Origin: Candidatus Pelagibacter sp. HTCC7211 | Lineage (GTDB): Bacteria; Pseudomonadota; Alphaproteobacteria; Pelagibacterales; Pelagibacteraceae | DNA length: 32,000 bases | Direction: 5' to 3' | Assembly: GCF_000155895.1 (NCBI RefSeq) | Contig: NZ_DS995298.1 | Location: 600,001-632,000, forward strand | Part shown: positions 25,790 through 32,000 of the stretch, one piece after another | Position numbering within the stretch: position 1 is the stretch's first letter | Layout: each line of letters opens with the position of its first letter | Translations under genes and position numbers: made by a program | The notes under the pieces: model-generated | Databases searched by the model: none | What the model was told of the DNA's origin: nothing | Seen by the model: the letters and a program-made list of their open reading frames with translations, nothing else

Positions 25790-26869
25790 ATGAAATTTAA
25801 TTTAAAATATTTAACTTTCAGTAAACTATATATTTATTTTTGTTTTCTTGCTTTATTAAATATTTTTTTTTCCACAACTAATGTTAATGCCAAAAGCTTT
25901 TCTATCAATGATATAGAGATTTCCACTCCATTTGAGATAAATTTTAATAAAAATCAAATAATTGATGAAGGGTTTTTAGAGGCATTTAATGAATTAGTTT
26001 TATCTATTGTCCAAACAAAGGATCAAAAAAAACTTCAACAAACTTCTTTAAGCTCAATTAAAGGTATGATTGAAACTTTTTCTATTAAAGAAGAAAAATT
26101 TATTAATGAAGTATATTATTTATCTTTAAATGTATCCTTTAACAAAAAAAGAGTATTTAATTTATTAGAAAGTAAAAATATATTTCCATCCTTACCGATA
26201 AAAAAGGATGTGCTATTTATACCAATTATATTAGATAAAAATAAAAATGAAATTTTAATATTTTCTGAAAGCTATTTATTTAATAATTGGAATTTGAATA
26301 CTAAAAAATATCACTTATTAAACTTTATTTTACCATCAGAAGACTTAGAGGATTTCAATTCAATAAAAAATAATTCAAGAAATATAGATAAATATGATTT
26401 TAATCAAATAGTTAAAAAATATAACTTAGAAGATTATATCATAATGATCGTCTTTAAAAATGATAATGGAATTAGAGTTTTAAACAAAATAAATTTTAAT
26501 AATAAGATAGATTTAAAAAATCTTGATTTTCCAAATCTAAGTCTAAAAAATGAAAAAGAATTTCAAGAATTTATTGAATATTCAAAAGATATTTATGAAA
26601 ATTATTGGAAATCTAAAAATGAAATTAATACTTCAATTAAGTTAACTTTAACAATTTCAATTGATAATGATGATAATTCAAAAATTTCTCAATTTGAAAA
26701 AATTTTGAGTAATTTAGATTTAATTTATGATTTTTATATTTTTAAATTCAATAATAAAAACAACATATATAAGGTAATATTTAATGGTTCACCTGATCAT
26801 TTTTTAAATGTTATGAAAAATAAAAATTATGAATTTGATATTCAAGATCGAGTATGGGTTTTAAAATGA
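25790..26869 (+). CDS. Secreted/periplasmic protein of unknown function (possibly DUF2066-like)
   Basis: 359 aa with a clear signal peptide (MKFNLKYLTFSKLYIYFCFLALLNIFFSTTNVNA|KSF) and no motif I recognise. The DUF2066 suggestion rests only on position (between purM and hda), size and secretion signal, from my recollection of Pseudomonas gene order. It is not based on recognised sequence motifs. Confidence 0.45.
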   Translation: MKFNLKYLTFSKLYIYFCFLALLNIFFSTTNVNAKSFSINDIEISTPFEINFNKNQIIDEGFLEAFNELVLSIVQTKDQKKLQQTSLSSIKGMIETFSIKEEKFINEVYYLSLNVSFNKKRVFNLLESKNIFPSLPIKKDVLFIPIILDKNKNEILIFSESYLFNNWNLNTKKYHLLNFILPSEDLEDFNSIKNNSRNIDKYDFNQIVKKYNLEDYIIMIVFKNDNGIRVLNKINFNNKIDLKNLDFPNLSLKNEKEFQEFIEYSKDIYENYWKSKNEINTSIKLTLTISIDNDDNSKISQFEKILSNLDLIYDFYIFKFNNKNNIYKVIFNGSPDHFLNVMKNKNYEFDIQDRVWVLK

Positions 26870-27528
26870 AAAACTTCAATCAATTGATTATCAAATTTGA
26901 TCATGAACAAAATTTTAAAGATCAAGATTTTTATGTATCAAAAAGTAATGAATATTCTTTTAAATTATTAAGTAGTTGGCCAAAATGGGAAAAAAATTTT
27001 TTAAATCTAATTGGAGAAAAGTTTTCAGGAAAATCTCACTTAGTTAATATTTTTTTAAAAAAATTTAAAGGAATAAAAATAAATGCAAGTGAGATAAGTA
27101 ATCAGTTTTTAAAAGACATAAAAATTTATGAAAATATTATTATTGAAAATCTTGATAACAATATAGAAGAAAATTTATTTTTCACTTTATTAAATATTAT
27201 TGATCAAGATAATAAATTTTTAATTGTGACTTCTGTAAAATCTATTGTTGAAATATCATTTAAATTAAATGATTTAAATTCACGTTCTAAAAATTTTCTT
27301 TTATCTTATATTGAGAGGCCTGATGATGAACTAATGTTTGTACTAATATTAAAAAATCTATCAGACAGGCAAATATCTATAGATAAGAAACTGATAGACT
27401 ATATAATTAAAAGAATTGATAGATCGTATAGCAAAATTTTTGATTTCATATATAAAATCGACGAAATAAGTTTAAAAAGAAAAAAATCTATAGATTTTAA
27501 AATTATTAAAGAAGTTTTGGGAGAATAA
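26866..27528 (+). CDS. hda: DnaA-related regulatory protein Hda/HdaA
   Basis: AAA+ core with Walker A GEKFSGKSHL, Walker B-like IIIENLD, and the DLNSRS arginine-finger context (compare DLxSRL in Hda). With the ATG at 26866 the protein begins MKNFNQLIIKF, which places a QLxxxF clamp-binding-like motif at the extreme N-terminus as in Hda/HdaA. That ATG forms an ATGA overlap with the upstream stop. The track start (26854) is 4 codons further upstream. Confidence 0.75.
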   Translation: MKNFNQLIIKFDHEQNFKDQDFYVSKSNEYSFKLLSSWPKWEKNFLNLIGEKFSGKSHLVNIFLKKFKGIKINASEISNQFLKDIKIYENIIIENLDNNIEENLFFTLLNIIDQDNKFLIVTSVKSIVEISFKLNDLNSRSKNFLLSYIERPDDELMFVLILKNLSDRQISIDKKLIDYIIKRIDRSYSKIFDFIYKIDEISLKRKKSIDFKIIKEVLGE

Positions 27529-29313
27529 TTGAGCAAGTATAGAACACATAAATGCAACGAACTTAGAAAACAAGATTTAGATAAAGAGATTTCTATATCT
27601 GGATGGATAAATAAAAAAAGAGATCATGGGAATATATTATTTATTGATCTTCGTGATAATTATGGAATTACTCAATGTATCATTGATAAAGAAAATAAAA
27701 ATTTTTTAGAATTAGAAAAAACTCAACTAGAAACAGTCGTAAAAATTGACGGAAAGGTTGTTGAGCGTTCAAGTGAAACTGTCAATAAGGATATCGAAAC
27801 AGGTGATATTGAAGTTGTAATAAATAATTTTGAGGTATTAGGAACTTGCAAAGAATTACCAATGCCTGTTTTCAGTGACCAAGAGTATGCTGAAGAAATA
27901 AGATTAAAATATAGATTTTTAGATTTAAGAAGAAAAAAAATTCATGAAAACATAATTTTAAGATCTAAAGTAATTTCATTTATACGAAATGAAATGACAA
28001 GTGCAGGTTTTTTGGAATTCCAAACTCCTATATTAACCTCTTCAAGTCCAGAGGGAGCAAGAGATTTTCTTGTTCCTAGTAGATTAAATCCTGGAAAATT
28101 TTATGCACTGCCACAAGCTCCTCAACAGTTTAAACAATTAATTATGGTATCTGGTTTTGATAAATATTTTCAAATAGCTCCGTGCTTTAGAGATGAAGAT
28201 GCGAGAGCTGATAGAAGTCCAGGTGAATTTTATCAATTAGATCTAGAAATGTCTTTTGTTGAACAAGAAGATGTTTTTAATGTAGTTGAAAAATTATTAG
28301 TTAATACCTTTAAAAAATTTTCTGATAAAAAATTGATGTATGATCAATTTCCAAAAATTTCATATGCTGATGCAATGTTGAAATATGGAAGTGATAAACC
28401 AGATTTAAGAAACCCTTTAGTCATAAATGATATTACAGAAGTATTTTCACGTGAGGATGTATCATTTGAAATTTTCAAGAAACTTACAAAATCTGGCTCT
28501 AAAGTAAGATGTATTTCGACAAAAAATACCAAAGATAAACCAAGAAGTTTTTTTGATAATATTGATAAATGGGCCAAAGAGCAAGGTGCTTCAGGATTAG
28601 CATACTTTACTTTTGAAGATGATGGAGAGCTTTCAGCTAAGGGACCTATAGGTAAATTTTTTTCTAAAGAAGCATTATTAGAAATAATGAAAAAAACAAA
28701 TTCTGAAGTAGGGGACAGTATTTTTATGGCCTGTGGAAAACTAAATGAACTGGAAAAAATTACTGCACTAGCTAGAGATAAAATTGCACAAGACCTAGAT
28801 TTAATAAATGATAATATTTTCGCTTTTTGTTGGATAGTTGATTATCCGATGTTTGAAAGAGACGAAAAAACAAATAAGATTGGATTTAGTCATAATCCTT
28901 TTTCTATGCCTCAAGGTGATTTAACTGACAAACAACTAGAAGATCCTTTAAACATATTGGCCTATCAGTATGATATTGTTTGTAATGGAATAGAGTTGTC
29001 ATCTGGAGCAATAAGAAATCATAAACCAGAGCTTATGTATAGGCTATTTTCAATTGCTGGATATGATAAAAAACAAGTTGATGAAAAATTTAGCGGTATG
29101 ATAAATGCCTTAAGTTTTGGCGCACCCCCACACGGAGGTATCGCACCTGGTATTGATAGAATTGTGATGTTATTAGCTAATGAAAAAAATATTAGAGAGG
29201 TTACCATGTTTCCAATGAATCAAAACGCTCAAGATTTGATGATGAAAGCTCCATCTGAGGTTAATGAAGAACAGCTGAAAGAACTAAATCTTGCTTTAAA
29301 AATCAAAAAATAA
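27529..29313 (+). CDS. aspS: Aspartyl-tRNA synthetase (bacterial type)
   Basis: N-terminus SKYRTHKCNELR...ISISGWINKKRDHGNILFIDLRDNYGITQ, class II motifs FYALPQAPQQFKQ, FRDEDARADRSPEF-like (FRDEDARADRSPGEF), and GAPPHGGIAPGIDR. The start is a TTG at 27529 directly abutting the hda TAA stop. The alignment of the N-terminus to other AspRS supports this start. Confidence 0.95.
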   Translation: MSKYRTHKCNELRKQDLDKEISISGWINKKRDHGNILFIDLRDNYGITQCIIDKENKNFLELEKTQLETVVKIDGKVVERSSETVNKDIETGDIEVVINNFEVLGTCKELPMPVFSDQEYAEEIRLKYRFLDLRRKKIHENIILRSKVISFIRNEMTSAGFLEFQTPILTSSSPEGARDFLVPSRLNPGKFYALPQAPQQFKQLIMVSGFDKYFQIAPCFRDEDARADRSPGEFYQLDLEMSFVEQEDVFNVVEKLLVNTFKKFSDKKLMYDQFPKISYADAMLKYGSDKPDLRNPLVINDITEVFSREDVSFEIFKKLTKSGSKVRCISTKNTKDKPRSFFDNIDKWAKEQGASGLAYFTFEDDGELSAKGPIGKFFSKEALLEIMKKTNSEVGDSIFMACGKLNELEKITALARDKIAQDLDLINDNIFAFCWIVDYPMFERDEKTNKIGFSHNPFSMPQGDLTDKQLEDPLNILAYQYDIVCNGIELSSGAIRNHKPELMYRLFSIAGYDKKQVDEKFSGMINALSFGAPPHGGIAPGIDRIVMLLANEKNIREVTMFPMNQNAQDLMMKAPSEVNEEQLKELNLALKIKK

Positions 29314-29316
29314 AAA

Positions 29317-30141
29317 CTATTTTTTTCCCTTCAAATTTATTTTCACATCAGAGAGATCTACAAGATTTTTTTTGTAATTATTTCTTACAAAACCTTTGCT
29401 AGTGATATCTTTCACAATTTTTAATAATTGATTTTGATCTTCAGATCCTTGTTCATCTACGGAATTAGCGTCATTACCACCAATTGAAGGAGTGTGAGCT
29501 AAATCTTCTCTATTTTGGTATGAAATAGCTAGTTCTCTAAAAATATAATCTAAAATTGAACTAGCGCTTAAAATTCGATCATTTCCATGGACTTTTCCTG
29601 AGGGTTCAAATTTTGTTCCAACAAAAGCGCTAATGAATTCATCAAGAGGAACACCATATTGAAGACCTAGAGACACAGCGATTGCAAAATTATTCATTAA
29701 AGCTTTAACCAATTCTCCTTCTTTGCTTGTATCAATAAAGATTTCGCCTATTTTTCCATCCTCATATTCACCCGTATGAAGATAAACTTTATGATCTCCA
29801 ATTGTTGCTTTTTGTATGTAGCCTTTTCTTCTATCGGGCATTCCAAATCTTTTACCACCTCGCTCTGAATTTTTATTTAAAGTCGCAATTATATTATCTT
29901 TGTTCTGTTGAGTTGATTGGTTTACATTAGCTACTACTTCAACTTTTTTGTTTTCAATAACTTTATTATTGTTTGGATCAAGGCTTTTAGTTTTACGATT
30001 ATCTAATTTAACATCCAAAACTTCAAATTTTCCATCATCTCTTTTTTCTAAGTTTTTTAACTCAGTTTCATTAATATCATCTAAGTAATGATTAACTTTA
30101 AATGTACACGTATAATATGTCTCAACTAAATATTTTGCCAT
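29317..30141 (-). CDS. Stand-alone protein homologous to the C-terminal module of class II (B12-dependent) ribonucleotide reductase (TSCPD-like region) with a novel N-terminal part
   Basis: aa ~98-215 ([113 protein letters not shown]) closely matches, from memory, the extreme C-terminus of long alphaproteobacterial NrdJ proteins. aa 1-97 match nothing I recognise. GAGG lies 4 nt upstream of the ATG (complement of 30146-30149), and the 274-codon ORF is intact. Confidence 0.7.
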   Translation of the reverse strand: MAKYLVETYYTCTFKVNHYLDDINETELKNLEKRDDGKFEVLDVKLDNRKTKSLDPNNNKVIENKKVEVVANVNQSTQQNKDNIIATLNKNSERGGKRFGMPDRRKGYIQKATIGDHKVYLHTGEYEDGKIGEIFIDTSKEGELVKALMNNFAIAVSLGLQYGVPLDEFISAFVGTKFEPSGKVHGNDRILSASSILDYIFRELAISYQNREDLAHTPSIGGNDANSVDEQGSEDQNQLLKIVKDITSKGFVRNNYKKNLVDLSDVKINLKGKK

Positions 30142-30256
30142 TTTTCCTCATTTTAAATTTATTGAACTTATGAATCAGACAATTTATTTATATACAAAAT
30201 CACATTTTAGTCTAATTTAAATTTTACAATTTTTAATTGAATAAAAAAAATATTTT
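30142..30256. promoter_or_regulatory. Divergent promoter region (largest non-coding spacer in the window)
   Basis: 115 nt between the divergent ATG codons of the NrdJ-C-like gene (-) and the NDUFA12-like gene (+). It contains the SD of the minus-strand gene. The promoters are inferred from position only. It is too short and unstructured for a tRNA or a typical riboswitch. Confidence 0.3.
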
Positions 30257-30616
30257 ATGTTGACGCTTTTAAAAAAAATTTTCACTTGGTGGAATCAAGA
30301 TACGTTTGGAACAAGATTAAAAACTATTTTTTTTGGAAAATTTGTTGGCGATGACGAGCTAGGCAACAAATACTATGAAAGCAAAAATGGAAAAAGATGG
30401 GTAATTTATGCTGACTCTATTGACGCATCAAAAATTCCAGTTGAATGGTATTCTTGGATGCATTTTACTCCTAATAAAATCGAAAGAACACATAATCTAG
30501 AAAAATATGACTGGCAAAAACCTCACCAATCAAATTTAACTGGAACAGAAGAGGCCTATTATCCAAATAAAAGCAAAAATGCCATTAAAAAGAAATATTC
30601 TAGTTGGAAAGAGTAA
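30257..30616 (+). CDS. NDUFA12 (B17.2/N7BM)-family protein, complex I accessory-subunit homologue
   Basis: 119 aa. FTWWNQDTFGTRLKTIFFGKFVGDDELGNKYYE...RWVIY...IPVEWYSWMHF is the characteristic NDUFA12-family pattern found in alphaproteobacteria and mitochondria. Confidence 0.8.
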   Translation: MLTLLKKIFTWWNQDTFGTRLKTIFFGKFVGDDELGNKYYESKNGKRWVIYADSIDASKIPVEWYSWMHFTPNKIERTHNLEKYDWQKPHQSNLTGTEEAYYPNKSKNAIKKKYSSWKE

Positions 30617-30986
30617 ATTAAATTTATTTTATTTTATTTTATTTATCTATCTTTTTTTGTGTAACTTTTCTTTTGCAAAAAATAATACAGAAGGTGTTTT
30701 TACTGATCTAAAAATTTTAGACAAAATAAGCTCTAAAAATACTTTAATCCAATTAAAGAATGGTGAATTAGTAAAATTTAAAGACTTATCCATAAAAAGT
30801 TTAAAATGTAAAAATTCAGAATTTGATGATAATCCAGAAATTACTGCATATATCCAGGTAAAAGATTTAACAGATCAAGATAAAGATGAAGTGTTTGTGT
30901 TTAATGGATGGATGTTCTCCTCAAGTCCTTCGATAACTCCATTTGATCACCCCGTATATGATGTTTGGCTTGTGAATTGTTATTAA
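30579..30986 (+). CDS. DUF2155-like secreted protein
   Basis: 135 aa with a signal peptide (…LFLCNFSFA|KNN). The C-terminal FNGWMFSSSPSITPFDHPVYDVWLVNC resembles the DUF2155 family, which as I recall usually follows the NDUFA12-like gene in alphaproteobacteria. The only start candidate is the ATG at 30579, giving a 38-nt overlap with the upstream gene. Confidence 0.65.
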   Translation: MPLKRNILVGKSKLNLFYFILFIYLFLCNFSFAKNNTEGVFTDLKILDKISSKNTLIQLKNGELVKFKDLSIKSLKCKNSEFDDNPEITAYIQVKDLTDQDKDEVFVFNGWMFSSSPSITPFDHPVYDVWLVNCY

Positions 30987-32000
30987 ACAATTGTATCATT
31001 ATCAAGCCAGCTTACATTAAAATCTGAGTTAATAAATTTTTTATGACTTAGTAACTTTTTATGTAGTGGAATAGTTGTAGTAATTCCTTCAATGACAAAC
31101 TCATCTAAAGATCTATTCATTCTTTGAATAGCCTCTGTTCTATTTCTTCCATGACAAATCAATTTACAGACCATACTGTCATAATAAGGTGTAACTTTAT
31201 ATCCTTGAAATATAGCTCCATCTACTCTTGTTCTAAAACCAGATGGTTGATGACACATGCTAATAACTCCTGGAGATGGCTGAAAATTTTTACTTGCATC
31301 TTCTGCATTAATTCTACATTCAATTGCGTGACCTCTAGGCTTTATATCATCTTGTTTAAGAGCTGTTTCTCCAGAAAAGGCAATCCAAATTTGTTCTTTA
31401 ATAATATCAATACCTGTAACCATCTCTGTTACAGGGTGTTCAACCTGAACTCTTGTGTTCATCTCCAAAAAGTAAAATTTTCCATCTTCATAAATAAACT
31501 CTACGGTTCCTGCCCCCATATAACCAATCTTACTTACCATTTGTACCGTTCTATCAAATAAATCTTTTCTAATTTCATCATTTAGAACTGGACTTGGTGT
31601 TTCTTCAATTAACTTTTGATGTCTTCTTTGAACAGAACAATCTCTTTCATGTAAATGAACGACGTTATTTTTACCTGCCAAGATTTGAACCTCAATATGT
31701 CTTGGGTTTTGAAAAAACTTTTCAATATAAACTTCGTCATTACCAAAATATTTTTGAGCCTCAGATTTTGCAGTTGAAAATAAATTTTCAAACTCTTCTT
31801 CTCTATGAACAATTTTCATACCTTTTCCACCGCCACCACCTGAAGCTTTAATTAAAACTGGAAAACCAATTTTTTTACATAATTCTTTAGCTTGAGCAAT
31901 GTCAGTCACACCACCCTCTGAACCTTCAATTACTGGTAGTCCATTCTCTTTTGCAATTCTTTTTGCTTGTATTTTGTCACCCATCATTTCTATATGCTTA
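30983..32000 (-). CDS. accC: Acetyl-CoA carboxylase biotin carboxylase subunit, C-terminal ~340 aa (gene continues past the right edge)
   Basis: MGDKIQAKRIA, the glycine loop ASGGGGGKGM, RDCSVQRRHQK, and EMNTRVQVEHPVTE. The frame remains open from 31987 to the window end (…KHIEMMGDK), so the Met in the track is internal. Confidence 0.95.
   Translation of the reverse strand, partial: KHIEMMGDKIQAKRIAKENGLPVIEGSEGGVTDIAQAKELCKKIGFPVLIKASGGGGGKGMKIVHREEEFENLFSTAKSEAQKYFGNDEVYIEKFFQNPRHIEVQILAGKNNVVHLHERDCSVQRRHQKLIEETPSPVLNDEIRKDLFDRTVQMVSKIGYMGAGTVEFIYEDGKFYFLEMNTRVQVEHPVTEMVTGIDIIKEQIWIAFSGETALKQDDIKPRGHAIECRINAEDASKNFQPSPGVISMCHQPSGFRTRVDGAIFQGYKVTPYYDSMVCKLICHGRNRTEAIQRMNRSLDEFVIEGITTTIPLHKKLLSHKKFINSDFNVSWLDNDTIV

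Noticed and set aside
29317-30141. Reading the NrdJ-C-like ORF as a simple pseudogene fragment of nrdJ
   Set aside because: I considered this but do not favour it. The ORF is intact over 274 codons in a genome with almost no junk DNA. It has its own GAGG ribosome-binding site. No frame-shifted RNR remnants are visible in the 115-nt upstream spacer or in neighbouring genes. The possibility remains open in the finding.
31124-31561. 145-aa plus-strand ORF (and smaller ORFs at 31594-31851 and 31609-31812) inside accC
   Set aside because: They lie antisense to or out of frame with the highly conserved biotin carboxylase. The translations have no recognisable features.
1-32000. Search for tRNA/rRNA genes, riboswitches, IS elements, integrases, toxin-antitoxin pairs, restriction-modification or other defence genes
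   Set aside because: No spacer exceeds 115 nt. Every long ORF has a housekeeping or envelope assignment, or is a single conserved unknown. I saw no terminal inverted repeats, direct-repeat flanks or compositional break that would mark an island.

Overview
The window is strongly AT-rich (roughly 30% GC by eye, not computed) and extremely compact. Using the coordinates below, only about 520 of 32,000 nt lie outside a called CDS. Many neighbouring genes overlap by 4-20 nt. I call 33 protein-coding genes, two of them truncated by the window edges. I found no rRNA, tRNA, CRISPR array, IS element, integrase or prophage. Every intergenic spacer is 115 nt or shorter.

The content is core housekeeping:
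- Glutathione synthesis: gshA, gshB.
- Purine synthesis: cvpA-purF, purM-purN.
- Replication: dnaB, hda.
- Ribosomal proteins: rpsF-rpsR-rplI.
- Fatty-acid synthesis: fabD-fabG-acpP.
- Other metabolism and translation: gmk, ndk, pepA, aspS, accC.
- A complete outer-membrane/LPS block: lptF-lptG-lptD-surA-pdxA-rsmA.

The gene order has an alphaproteobacterial flavour: plant-type gshA, an NDUFA12-like gene next to a DUF2155-like gene, pepA divergent from lptFG, and hda beside purMN. Together with the compaction, this makes a streamlined marine alphaproteobacterium (SAR11/Pelagibacterales-like) the most likely source. That is an inference.

This is not an accessory island, and I do not see a convincing new multi-gene system such as a defence or secretion system. 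The items most worth a second look are:
1. Four in-frame 180-nt tandem repeats that lengthen the periplasmic N-terminal domain of LptD.
2. A stand-alone protein built from the C-terminal module of class II (B12-dependent) ribonucleotide reductase behind an unrecognisable N-terminus.
3. An FkbM-type methyltransferase and an EamA exporter coupled to gshA-gshB by overlapping start and stop codons.
4. An orphan HD-domain protein with a His/Asp pattern reminiscent of PhnZ/MIOX-type diiron oxygenases.
5. A secreted protein of unknown function coupled to hda by an ATGA overlap.
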